Position numbers and translations under genes: made by a program. Positions 20,959-30,300 of a stretch of 64,000 nt of DNA are shown piece after piece (the first letter of the stretch is position 1; the number at the start of each line of letters is the position of its first letter). The notes under the pieces are model-generated. The model saw nothing but the letters and a program-made list of their open reading frames with translations. It did not search any database and was not told where the DNA came from. The DNA comes from Minisyncoccota bacterium (GTDB taxonomy: Bacteria > Patescibacteriota > Minisyncoccia > Phycocordibacterales > UBA2100), in NCBI GenBank assembly GCA_965267345.1, contig OZ253947.1, positions 489,964 through 553,963 on the forward strand, given 5' to 3'.

Positions 20959-22298
20959 ATATCTCTCCGACCAAGAGGTACGTACTGCAGTCCGTCAGTA
21001 AAATCTGCAGAAGAGAACATGCCCCATGGGTCGATAATCATGCTAACGTTTTTTCCGTGGATCAAATCACTTAAGCGGAGGAGGTCTTCTTCAGGGTTGC
21101 CAATAAAGACCACGTCGGCCTTTACAAGAAAATCCTCAAGGTCAGTAAGATATTCTGCCACACCGCCCAAGCGAGCCTTGCTATCCGCATACCCAAACGA
21201 GTCAAACGCCACCAAGGGGTAACTCTTTCCAAGCTCTCTCGCAATCTCTATTGACTGCGACTCTTCCGCAAAAGGTGTTCCTGTTTTATAACCCAGACTA
21301 AGTACCCCGACAACAGTTTTCTCTCCCATGCCGTTCTTTTTCATTTCTTCCTGTATAGTTTTAGCTATATACTTTGGCATATGCGCATTCAGGGCATGTG
21401 TTTGCCTAGCTAACGGAGCATCAACTCCCCGATCTTCCGCCATGGACGCAAATGCGAAGTTGTCACGCGGGAAACATGGACCCCCATACCCCAGACCACT
21501 GCGAAAAAAGCGAGACCCTATACGAGAATCCTTACCAATTGCGTTTGTGACATCATCAACATTCGCATAAGGTATTTTTTCGCACACTCTTCCAAGAGTG
21601 TTCGCGAATGTAATTTTCATTGTAACGTACGAATTGAGGCTTATCTTTGCAACTTCCGCACTCTCAATGCTCATATTGCACACCTTCTCTTCTGCGTATG
21701 CTTTCCCGTAAAGTTTTTCAAATATAACCTTCAATTTCTTTTCAGCATTTGTATCCGAGGCACCAAGAAACAGGAAATCAGGTTTCCGAAGGTTGTTCAC
21801 AATATTCCCAATGGCAATAAGGCTCGGGCTGTAGCAATAGCCAAAATCCACTCCGCATTTTTTTCCAGATGCTTTTTCAATAGCCGGAATAATTTTGTTA
21901 CGTGAATCACCTGGCAATACAGTGCTCACAAGTACAAAAAGGTGATAAGATTCTTTCGTCCGCAATGCCTCCCCCAGGCTTTGCATTGCTGCTTGCACGT
22001 ATTGAACAGAAAAGGACCCGTCATCATTACTCGGCGTCGGCACAACTAAAAAAGTAACGTCTGTCTCTTTTACCAATTCGTGAGGGTCGTTTGTCGCAGA
22101 TAGCAGCGTCGGGTAAGAATCAATTATCTCTTGCAGGTGTGGTTCTACAACAGGCGCCTTTTTTTTGTTGACCGCATCAACTTTTGTCGAATCAACATCA
22201 TATCCAATAACTTCAAAGCCTTTTTCTGCGCAAAAAGCAGCATAGCAGGAACCAAGCTTCCCAAGGCCCATCATTGAAATTTTAGAGGGATTTTTCAT
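20955..22298 (-). CDS. UDP-glucose/GDP-mannose dehydrogenase family
   Basis: GLGKLG, VPTP, STV.PG, GLGYGGPCFPRD. Confidence 0.93.
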   Translation of the reverse strand: MKNPSKISMMGLGKLGSCYAAFCAEKGFEVIGYDVDSTKVDAVNKKKAPVVEPHLQEIIDSYPTLLSATNDPHELVKETDVTFLVVPTPSNDDGSFSVQYVQAAMQSLGEALRTKESYHLFVLVSTVLPGDSRNKIIPAIEKASGKKCGVDFGYCYSPSLIAIGNIVNNLRKPDFLFLGASDTNAEKKLKVIFEKLYGKAYAEEKVCNMSIESAEVAKISLNSYVTMKITFANTLGRVCEKIPYANVDDVTNAIGKDSRIGSRFFRSGLGYGGPCFPRDNFAFASMAEDRGVDAPLARQTHALNAHMPKYIAKTIQEEMKKNGMGEKTVVGVLSLGYKTGTPFAEESQSIEIARELGKSYPLVAFDSFGYADSKARLGGVAEYLTDLEDFLVKADVVFIGNPEEDLLRLSDLIHGKNVSMIIDPWGMFSSADFTDGLQYVPLGRRDI

Positions 22299-22326
22299 AG
22301 AAAAGTTGTGCGAATTGCATATAACA

Positions 22327-23283
22327 TCATACGTTATACACCATAAGTGTGTCTTCGACCATCATTCTAAGTGAGCACCCTGGCTTCCAATTAAGATCGT
22401 TTTGGGCTTTTGTTGCGTCAGCGAGAACCATGGCGGGGTCGCCAGAGCGACGCGGGGCAATTACTGTTTTGAGTGATTTTCCTGATACTTCCTCAAGTGC
22501 AGTAACAATTTCTTTCACTGAATAGCCCCCACCGCTACCAAGGTTATATATGCCGCCTGCGTTTGTTGAAAGAGCTCGCAGGTGTGCCTCGACAATATCG
22601 GCTATGTGAATGTAGTCGCGCACGCACGTGCCATCGGTTGTCGAATAGTCGTCACCAAAAATGCTGAAAGGTAGCCCTTTCCCGAGTGCATTAGCAAGTA
22701 TCGGAAACACGTTCTGCGGGTCGGCGTCCTTGAAGTGCACGTCGGCATCGCCGACAACATTGAAGTAGCGAAATATGGTGTAGCTGGGAAGTTTTTTGGT
22801 ACGCGCAAACTCAGTGATGAGCTGCTCAGCGAGCATTTTACTGGTGCCGTAGACACTCATTGGTGCCAGCGGCGTGTCCTCTGCACAGACGCCATCGGAC
22901 GGCGCTTCGTATACTGCAGCCGTTGAAGAAAATATGACGTGCGCTGTGCCATGGGCTGCTGCTTGTACGAGTACGTTGAGCGTACCCGTGACGTTTGTTG
23001 CAAAGTATTCCTCAAGCTTTTCTTCACTTTCGGAAACCGACTTGAGTGCCGCGGCATGAATAACTGCCTGTGGCCGATGTATCGCAAACACATCACGCAG
23101 CGCAGCAATATCGAGAATATCGACTTCGACAAACGTTGCACGCTCATCGACGTAGTGCCTCTCCCCTTTTGAAAGATTGTCGAGGGCCACTACTGCATAG
23201 CCCTGTTCGCAGAGCGCTTTGACGCACGCCGAGCCAATGTAGCCAGCGCCACCCGTAACCAGTATCGTGTGCGTATCGTTCAT
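22327..23283 (-). CDS. galE: UDP-glucose 4-epimerase
   Basis: TGGAGYIGS, FSSTAAVY, YxxxK, RYFNV.G, DGTCVRDYIH. Confidence 0.9.
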   Translation of the reverse strand: MNDTHTILVTGGAGYIGSACVKALCEQGYAVVALDNLSKGERHYVDERATFVEVDILDIAALRDVFAIHRPQAVIHAAALKSVSESEEKLEEYFATNVTGTLNVLVQAAAHGTAHVIFSSTAAVYEAPSDGVCAEDTPLAPMSVYGTSKMLAEQLITEFARTKKLPSYTIFRYFNVVGDADVHFKDADPQNVFPILANALGKGLPFSIFGDDYSTTDGTCVRDYIHIADIVEAHLRALSTNAGGIYNLGSGGGYSVKEIVTALEEVSGKSLKTVIAPRRSGDPAMVLADATKAQNDLNWKPGCSLRMMVEDTLMVYNV

Positions 23284-24833
23284 GTTTTCTCTTCGATAGT
23301 GAATTCGTCGGCTGGGTCAGTACTGCGCCGTGCAAGGAGCATACCGGCACCTCCCGTGAGTATAAGGGCAGTGAGGGCTAAATACCACCAGAAGGAGCTG
23401 TGAGCAGTAGGTTTTGAGCTATGAGCAGTGGCGGCGAGTTGCGAGTGGGTAGTAGTTGGACGTGTGGGGTTGGTAGTTCGGAGTTGGGTGCTTGCAGTTG
23501 GGAGTGATGACGTGTCTCGATTAATCGAGGCACGAGCGGCATCGACAGCTGGTGATGGCGACTGCTGTGGCACGGGCGTGCCGATAAGTGCGTTGTGTGA
23601 GCGAGAGGTGGTCAGCTGAGGATTGGTAGGCTTCTGCATAGAGCGGGGCGGTGAGGCATTAGTACTCGTCGCCGGTGAGGTAGTTTCTGTAGTCGTTGCC
23701 TGCGGTGATACAACGGTTCCCACGAGCGCAGTGCTTCCGTCGGGAAACAGCAAGCTCGCTTCTTTGTCGACGCGAACAAATGGCAGCTCGAGCACCTCGG
23801 TTGCAAGGCGGATCGTGCTACTGGCAGCGACGGTGGTGCCGATGGGCAATTCCGCCGTGCGCACCGGTGAGCGCACGCGCCACTCGGATAGATCGAGCGG
23901 CGCATTACCGTGATTAGTGATCGCAATCCACTTCCCTGCTGCACCAATGCGCAAGGCGGCATCAAGCTGCGTAATACGTGCAGTGATGGTGTGTTCGTCG
24001 CGCAATGCGCCGTGCTCAAGCGTTGCCGTAATTACGTACTCACCCGCATAGCGATACGCATGACGCACGTCGTAACCAACTGCTTCTGTTCCGTCGCCAA
24101 AGGCCCACCGAACAACACCATTCGTGAGCGCGCGTCCTCGCGCATCGTACATTTCCGCATGCAGCGCGATGGGCGCACCAGCGACTCCCACAATCTGTTC
24201 GGGAAGTCGCAAGTGCACGTCTTGCGGCGGCTCAACACTTAGTGGCTCATAGGTGTACTGCGTGATATTTGTTACCGTTGCATCAGTTTCGTTGGTATTC
24301 GTATCGTTAGTGTCGGTCGTATCGCCAGTTTCGCCAGTGTGCTGCGCTTCGTTTGGTGTTGGCGTGCCTGCAACAAGCGCATCACCATCGCGATGCAAAC
24401 TGTTGCCGTCATTGGCTGCGCCGTCACTCTCGCTGTACGTCACCGAGTCGACAATGTCACCCGCGGCATTTTTTAGTGCAAGTGTTTCGCCAGTGTTTTT
24501 GAGGCTGAATGCGCTATCAATGAGCGTGCCACTTACTGACGGATAGTCGTCTTGGAAGGTAGTTGCATCGTCGGCAATAATCGCACAGGTTCCACTCTCA
24601 AGACTCCACAAGCCGCTGACGAGCTCAAGGCCGTGATTAGTTTCATTTTCATAAAAGACCCACCCGTCGAGTGTATGGTCGCCGTCGCTCGCGCACACTT
24701 CAATCCACTCATGATCGGCATCAGTGCTCTCGGGCGCATACATAATTTCGGTAATACGCACGTCCGCCGCAGCGATTGCCGGCGCGCACAGCAAGCACAC
24801 AATGAAAAGCGTGTACGCGCTACGCGCCATCAT
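23280..24833 (-). CDS. Secreted/membrane-anchored lamin-tail-domain + PKD-domain protein
   Basis: Signal peptide, ITEIMY...EWIE (LTD), W.FGDG (PKD), S/T/P linker, C-terminal TM. Confidence 0.8.
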   Translation of the reverse strand: MMARSAYTLFIVCLLCAPAIAAADVRITEIMYAPESTDADHEWIEVCASDGDHTLDGWVFYENETNHGLELVSGLWSLESGTCAIIADDATTFQDDYPSVSGTLIDSAFSLKNTGETLALKNAAGDIVDSVTYSESDGAANDGNSLHRDGDALVAGTPTPNEAQHTGETGDTTDTNDTNTNETDATVTNITQYTYEPLSVEPPQDVHLRLPEQIVGVAGAPIALHAEMYDARGRALTNGVVRWAFGDGTEAVGYDVRHAYRYAGEYVITATLEHGALRDEHTITARITQLDAALRIGAAGKWIAITNHGNAPLDLSEWRVRSPVRTAELPIGTTVAASSTIRLATEVLELPFVRVDKEASLLFPDGSTALVGTVVSPQATTTETTSPATSTNASPPRSMQKPTNPQLTTSRSHNALIGTPVPQQSPSPAVDAARASINRDTSSLPTASTQLRTTNPTRPTTTHSQLAATAHSSKPTAHSSFWWYLALTALILTGGAGMLLARRSTDPADEFTIEEKT

Positions 24834-26574
24834 TTAAGATACGTTCAAGCACCTCACGTGGTACTTCGTCACGGCGTGCATCGCCTGCGTCCTCCTTCCC
24901 ACTTTCTTGCGGCGTGTCGTCACGCTTGCCAATGCGGGGAAATAAATCTGGATAGCTCTGTTGCGGCTCAGATGGTGTCGTTGCTTCGCGCGATTCTGTC
25001 GCCTCGTCAGACGACTGTTTGCTTTTGGGTGTTGTATTGCTCCGCTCCGGTGCTTCTTCAGGTGCATCAGGAGCTGGTGTTTCGTGCTCGTCGGACTTGC
25101 TGGGCGGCTGTGGTTCCGCAGCGGCTGCAGCAGGCACCGCAGTGATAGCGCCGAGTGCTTCGCGCAGCGCGTTGCGCTGTGCGTCAGTACGCGGCTGCGC
25201 TGTTGGGTCGGCAGGTGTCTCTCCTCCGCCACCGCCTTTCTTCTTCTTTTTCTTCTTCTTTTTCTTGGTGGTCATCATCTCCTCATTCTGTGCGCGAATC
25301 GCATCTTCGATTTGCGCTCTGATGCGCGCGTACTTCTCGCGCGAACTCTCAACGATGCGATTGACGAAATTAAACGGCGGGTGCTCCACCGGCGGCAGTG
25401 TTGTTGCAGAAAATGGCTGCGAGCCGATCCCGTCAATCATGAGCGTCAGGTAAATTTGCGCAAATCCGAGATTCACTAAATCCTCCACGTAGAACGTCGG
25501 CTCAAAAATGGGCTTGAGCGTTTCCGCATCAAACGGCCCAACACGGAACGTGATGGTGGTGCCAACGTTCCCAAACACGGCCGAGCGAATGTGTTCGTCG
25601 ACTTGTTCGATGTACTGGTGCGCAATGGTGAGTGCGAGTTTGTACTTACGCGCTTCCGAGAGAATGTTGGCGAATGAGTCGTTCACCACTGACTGAAATT
25701 CGTCGACGTAAAGATAGAACGGCGGGAGCTGTGCCAGTTCAGCCTGTGTATTTTCAGCGCGACTCATCGCCGAGAGGTACATTTTTGTGGTGAGGATGCT
25801 CCCGAGCAGATCGGCATTTTGTTCACCCATGCGCCCTTTCGAGAGGTTCACAATGAAGATCTTACGCTCGTCCATGATGCGGCGTAAATCAAACGACGAG
25901 TGTGGCTGCCCGATGATGTTGCGCACAAGCGGATTCGAGACAAATTGCCCGATCTTGTTTTGAATGGCAGGTGTCGCCTCTTGTGTGTATCGGTCGGTGT
26001 AGCCGGCAAACTCTTCCTGCCAAAAGCGTTTGACGATCGGGTCGGTGACGTACTCGGTTACTTTTGCACGAAACTCTTTGTTGATGAGCATGCGGTTCAC
26101 GTCAATGAGCGTCGTGTCGGGATACTCGAGCAGCGCCAGCAGCACGTTTTGCAAAATGTATTCCATGCGGGCACTCCACGCATCAACCCAAATGCGCTGA
26201 AAGGCACTCATGAGACCCGCCACCACGAGGTGGCGCTTGTCGTACCCGACGTCCTCCATTACATTGAAGCCGACGGGAAACTCAGTATCAAATGGCGCAA
26301 AATAGACGACGTCTTCAATGCGTGACTCAGGCACAAATTCGAGCAACTTCTCAGCCGTTGAACCGTGCGGATCAATGAAGGCAATACCCTCACCGTTTTG
26401 AATATCCTGAATGGCCATGTTCTCGAGCATGGTTGATTTACCCATACCCGTTTTACCAATGATGTACATGTGGCGCATTCGATCGAGCGCCTTGATGCCA
26501 AACGGTACTTGCCCGCCGCGCGCGTCGGTGGCACCAAAATAGATAATACGCTCAGGATCGTATTCGTACGGCAT
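24820..26574 (-). CDS. VirD4/TraG-like coupling ATPase (CPR-type) with low-complexity tail
   Basis: HMYIIGKTGMGKS Walker A, IDPHG, LYVDEFQ Walker B, LSEARKY.L.L..AHQY. Confidence 0.88.
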   Translation of the reverse strand: MPYEYDPERIIYFGATDARGGQVPFGIKALDRMRHMYIIGKTGMGKSTMLENMAIQDIQNGEGIAFIDPHGSTAEKLLEFVPESRIEDVVYFAPFDTEFPVGFNVMEDVGYDKRHLVVAGLMSAFQRIWVDAWSARMEYILQNVLLALLEYPDTTLIDVNRMLINKEFRAKVTEYVTDPIVKRFWQEEFAGYTDRYTQEATPAIQNKIGQFVSNPLVRNIIGQPHSSFDLRRIMDERKIFIVNLSKGRMGEQNADLLGSILTTKMYLSAMSRAENTQAELAQLPPFYLYVDEFQSVVNDSFANILSEARKYKLALTIAHQYIEQVDEHIRSAVFGNVGTTITFRVGPFDAETLKPIFEPTFYVEDLVNLGFAQIYLTLMIDGIGSQPFSATTLPPVEHPPFNFVNRIVESSREKYARIRAQIEDAIRAQNEEMMTTKKKKKKKKKKGGGGGETPADPTAQPRTDAQRNALREALGAITAVPAAAAAEPQPPSKSDEHETPAPDAPEEAPERSNTTPKSKQSSDEATESREATTPSEPQQSYPDLFPRIGKRDDTPQESGKEDAGDARRDEVPREVLERILNDGA

Positions 26575-26589
26575 GGTATGTAGTATAGC

Positions 26590-26822
26590 AGTAGTGAGTT
26601 AGGAGTTTAGGAGTTGGAAGTGGGTAGTTGGAAGTTCGGAGTGAGGAGTTCGGAGTTGGTAGTGTGGAGTAAGTAGTGAAGAGTTGTTTCGATTAATCGA
26701 AACATGATGCAAAGTGACCAGTGGAAAGTGAGAAACTTAGTACATCGGATGTACTAAGTGTGGAATGATTTGTTTCGATTAATCGAAACAACTCACGCCA
26801 CACTACTCACTACCAACTCCCG
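26590..26822. repeat. Composite intergenic repeat: heptamer array, two 20-bp palindromes flanking a third palindrome, inverted heptamer array
   Basis: ~13 degenerate nnnAGTn heptamers (26590-26685); TGTTTCGATTAATCGAAACA at 26685 and 26771; ACTTAGTACATC-G-GATGTACTAAGT between them. Confidence 0.8.
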
Positions 26823-26827
26823 ACTGT

Positions 26828-28087
26828 CTATTCTGCTGGCTCCAGCGCAGCTCGTGTATACCTATTCGCCGGGTCCCAGAGCATCCATGAGTGCAGGCCT
26901 GCATCGTAGGCTGCCTGAATTTGTGCACGCACTTCTGTCGGGCCGTAGTCACCGCCGTAGTCAAAGTCTTGCAGCCACGGGCGCAAAATATTCGGATCGC
27001 GCGCAGGTTTCTCGTACACGGCTGGTGTACTGGTGCCGATACGCGTATAGGCAAGCGCTCCAATGGTCGTGGTCGTTGCCGTCACGCGCTCGACAGCACG
27101 GTCCATTGAATACTTAATCACGCCGTAGACTTCGGTGTTTGGATTCGCGTAGCCGTTGAAGCCGCGTGGATAGTGCGACGGGTACACCATTGGGGCGATG
27201 TAGTCGAAGTACGGCGTCGCGCGCTCAAGTACCTGCCCGATAGTGAGGTCGTCTTTGTTGGTTGTCGTCATACCAAAAAGGTCTGCCGAGAGCGTCGGTG
27301 AGTGACCATTGGCATCAGCAACACGTACCTTTGACTCAAGGTACCGGAAAAACTTCTCAAGCTCTTGCGCACGGTTGTTGTAATCGGAATGATCAAACGA
27401 CACGTCGCTCATTGGCCCATCTGACGGATAGCGGACATAATCGTAATTGAGCTCGTCAAATCCAATAGCGTGCGAGTCGTGTGAAATGTCGACAATGTAG
27501 TCCCAAAATGGTTTCGCGCCGACATCAACAAACGATAACCCTTTGTGGTCTTTCCATGGCTCACCGACACGACTTTTGCTCTGTACCGCACGTGCAGGGT
27601 ACACCGATGTGTAGAGCGGGTCTTGGAACACGGCGATGCGACCGATAACATAGATGTCTTTTTCGTGCAGAAGCGCGATGAAGTCTTCCATGTCAGGCAC
27701 GGTGCATCCGGTACCATCGAGCACCTCTCCACTGCCGTCATCCTCGCGCGGAAAGCTCACCGTGCCCGTGTAGTCTTTAATATCAATAATAATCGCATTC
27801 AGTTCGGTATCGTCGATGAGTGAGATGAAGTGGTCGCGAAAATCGCTGCTCGATGCTGCACACTGGCTCATGTAGACGGCACGCACGTGCTCGGGTGTAT
27901 CCATATGCGCCACAGGCGGCACCACGTCCTCCTCGGGTTTCGTCACCTGTGGGTGCTCGGGGCGCAGATACACTAACTCGCTGCCGCCAAATACAAAGTG
28001 GGCAACAAGCGTGACACTTGCCACAATGAGCACTGCCACGCCGATGATGAGCGCGACACCTTTGTGTGACCGTACGAGGTTAGGCAT
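26828..28087 (-). CDS. Putative glycoside hydrolase (DUF4015-like), N-terminal TM anchor
   Basis: NA..ID.KD..G, RI.VFQDP, GFDE..DY.RYP, PM.YPSHY, RPWLQDF. Confidence 0.8.
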   Translation of the reverse strand: MPNLVRSHKGVALIIGVAVLIVASVTLVAHFVFGGSELVYLRPEHPQVTKPEEDVVPPVAHMDTPEHVRAVYMSQCAASSSDFRDHFISLIDDTELNAIIIDIKDYTGTVSFPREDDGSGEVLDGTGCTVPDMEDFIALLHEKDIYVIGRIAVFQDPLYTSVYPARAVQSKSRVGEPWKDHKGLSFVDVGAKPFWDYIVDISHDSHAIGFDELNYDYVRYPSDGPMSDVSFDHSDYNNRAQELEKFFRYLESKVRVADANGHSPTLSADLFGMTTTNKDDLTIGQVLERATPYFDYIAPMVYPSHYPRGFNGYANPNTEVYGVIKYSMDRAVERVTATTTTIGALAYTRIGTSTPAVYEKPARDPNILRPWLQDFDYGGDYGPTEVRAQIQAAYDAGLHSWMLWDPANRYTRAALEPAE

Positions 28088-28313
28088 GGTGCTCTTCAAC
28101 TGTCTCGTCGACTGGAGCGGTATTTTGCTGATAGCTCTCCGGCTCTGCATCGCGCTCCATTGCCGCGGCGAGCATCATGATGCGAATCGCCAGTGTGGCG
28201 ACTGCAAGACCAAGGACTACGAACATCACCGTATCCCAACTCGCGGGGAACCCCAAGAACGGCAGGATCGCAACGGCAAATCCGAGTGTAATAATGGCCT
28301 TGATGTGCTTCAT
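28080..28313 (-). CDS. Small 2-TM membrane protein
   Basis: LPFLGFP.SW motif, hydrophobic; TATAAT upstream. Confidence 0.7.
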   Translation of the reverse strand: MKHIKAIITLGFAVAILPFLGFPASWDTVMFVVLGLAVATLAIRIMMLAAAMERDAEPESYQQNTAPVDETVEEHHA

Positions 28314-28330
28314 ACGTACGCAATTATATA

Positions 28331-29008
28331 CTACTTTTCACTCACAATCACGACGAATTCTCCCTTCTGCTTCACCGGATCAACCTCAAGCTGCGCAGCG
28401 AGTTCAGCGGCCGTGCCACACAGTAGCTCTTCGTGCATTTTGGTAAGCTCACGGGCAATGCATACGCGCTTTTCGTCGCCACCGTGTTCCGTGATTTCTG
28501 CCATGAGTTTGGTAATGCGGTGTGTTGACTCGTAGAGCACCACTGGCCGACTTGTTGCGGCGATTTCTTTAAGCAGCGTCTGCCGCCCCTTTTTGTGTGG
28601 CAGGAAGCCTAAGAAAAGAAACTCGCTACTCGGCACACCTGCAATAGAGAGTGCTGCCGTAAGTGCTGACGGACCGGCAATTGCTTCAACTGTATGTCCT
28701 GCCGCACGCGCGTGATTCACCAAAAACGTTCCCGGATCAGAGATGCCGGGAGTTCCCGCATCAGAGACGTAGGCAACATGCTGCCCTGCGTCGAGCAATT
28801 CGAGCACGCGGGGTGTCTTGTCGTGCTCAGTGCGAGCATTCAGACTCTCGAGCTGTGCATCAATACTGTGGCGCTCGAGGAGGCGCTTGGTCACACGCGT
28901 ATCTTCACAAAAAATGATGTCGGCTGCGCTCAGAGTAGTGAGTGCGCGCAGCGTGATGTCGTCGAGGTTGCCGATAGGCGTGGCAACGATTGAAAGCGTG
29001 CCCGTCAT
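28331..29008 (-). CDS. rsmI: 16S rRNA (cytidine1402-2'-O)-methyltransferase
   Basis: VATPIGNL.DIT.RA, EDTR, SDAGTPGISDPG, RELTK.HEE. Confidence 0.96.
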   Translation of the reverse strand: MTGTLSIVATPIGNLDDITLRALTTLSAADIIFCEDTRVTKRLLERHSIDAQLESLNARTEHDKTPRVLELLDAGQHVAYVSDAGTPGISDPGTFLVNHARAAGHTVEAIAGPSALTAALSIAGVPSSEFLFLGFLPHKKGRQTLLKEIAATSRPVVLYESTHRITKLMAEITEHGGDEKRVCIARELTKMHEELLCGTAAELAAQLEVDPVKQKGEFVVIVSEK

Positions 29009-30300
29009 ACGCTCACCTGTTCAGCTACGTGGTAAATGTCGCCCGCCCCCATAAACACAAGTACATCTGCCTCACTTTTGTCGGCAAGCATGGCGGGAAT
29101 ATCGTCGAGATGCTCTGCCGAGCGCACATTGTCGTGCTGCTGTGCCGTTGCCTGAGCAAGCTTGGCCGCGGTGATTGATTCGTCGTCGGGCTCACGGGCT
29201 GCGTAGATCGGAGCAATGATCACGCTCTGTGCGTCGTCGAAACTTGCCGCAAAATCACTAAAGAGAGCACGTGTGCGGGAAAAGGTGTGCGGTTCAAAAA
29301 TGGCGGTGATGCGCGCATCGGGGTGCTTGGCCCGCGCCGCGCGGAGCGTGGCTTTAATTTCTGTCGGGTGGTGCGCGTAGTCGTCGTACACAAGCGCCCC
29401 GCCGGCGGTCGTACCCTTGTACTCAAAGCGGCGCCATGTACCCGTAAATTGTGTGAGCGCGGTGCGTACTCCATGCTCATCAGCGTCGAGTATGTCGGCG
29501 ACCGCAAGTACGCGAGCGGCATTTTGCTGGTTGTGTGCTCCCGGAACCGCCAGCACCGGCACGCGCGCAAGGAAAGGCTGTACGTCAACCACGCGGCCTT
29601 CTGCGTCGGCAATGACGGGCGCAAGACTCGGGTCCTCCATGTCGCAGACGATACGCTTTGACTGCGCCACGAGCGAGCGAAAGGCATCCTGCACGTCGGC
29701 AAGGTTTTCGTAGTAGTCGGGGTGATCCATTTCAACGTTCGTGATGACAAGAATATGTGGCGTAAAGTGGAGAAAGTGGCGTTTATACTCACATGCTTCA
29801 ACGATTAAGTATTCGTCGCCGCCATTGCGGAAGTTGGTGCACTCACCCTCAAAGTCAACGAGTGAGCCAACAATTGCCGTGGGGTCGAGACCGGCAGCGG
29901 CGAGTGCCTGCGCGGCCATTGCCGTCGTGGTCGTTTTGCCGTGGGTGCCGGCAATGGCAATGGTTTTATACTCTTTGCTGAGTTCGCCGAGTGCTTCAAA
30001 GTAGTTAAGAACGGGCTTGCCGGTGGCACGGGCTGCTGCGAGCACCTCGGGGCCGCGCTCTTCCCACGCGACGCTGTAGACAAATGCGTCGGCTTCGTCA
30101 GGTATGGTGTGCCCGCTTCCGTCAGGAGCAATGTCGATTACCACACCCAGCGACCGAAGCCCATCGAGCGTGTCGCCGCTTTCATTGTCATTCACCCCCG
30201 TCACTGTTTTGCCCTGCGCCACAAGCATACGCGCCAAGGCTGAGATACCGATGCCACCGATACCGATGATGTGAATGTGTTGTGCGTCGTTAATTCCCAT
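29005..30300 (-). CDS. murC: UDP-N-acetylmuramate--L-alanine ligase
   Basis: GIGGIG.S, AGTHGKTTTT, DDYAHHPTE, MGAGDI. Confidence 0.95.
   Translation of the reverse strand: MGINDAQHIHIIGIGGIGISALARMLVAQGKTVTGVNDNESGDTLDGLRSLGVVIDIAPDGSGHTIPDEADAFVYSVAWEERGPEVLAAARATGKPVLNYFEALGELSKEYKTIAIAGTHGKTTTTAMAAQALAAAGLDPTAIVGSLVDFEGECTNFRNGGDEYLIVEACEYKRHFLHFTPHILVITNVEMDHPDYYENLADVQDAFRSLVAQSKRIVCDMEDPSLAPVIADAEGRVVDVQPFLARVPVLAVPGAHNQQNAARVLAVADILDADEHGVRTALTQFTGTWRRFEYKGTTAGGALVYDDYAHHPTEIKATLRAARAKHPDARITAIFEPHTFSRTRALFSDFAASFDDAQSVIIAPIYAAREPDDESITAAKLAQATAQQHDNVRSAEHLDDIPAMLADKSEADVLVFMGAGDIYHVAEQVSV

Noticed and set aside
24820-26574. Conjugative element suggested by the VirD4-like ATPase
   Set aside because: No relaxase, VirB genes or integrase; it is embedded among housekeeping genes.
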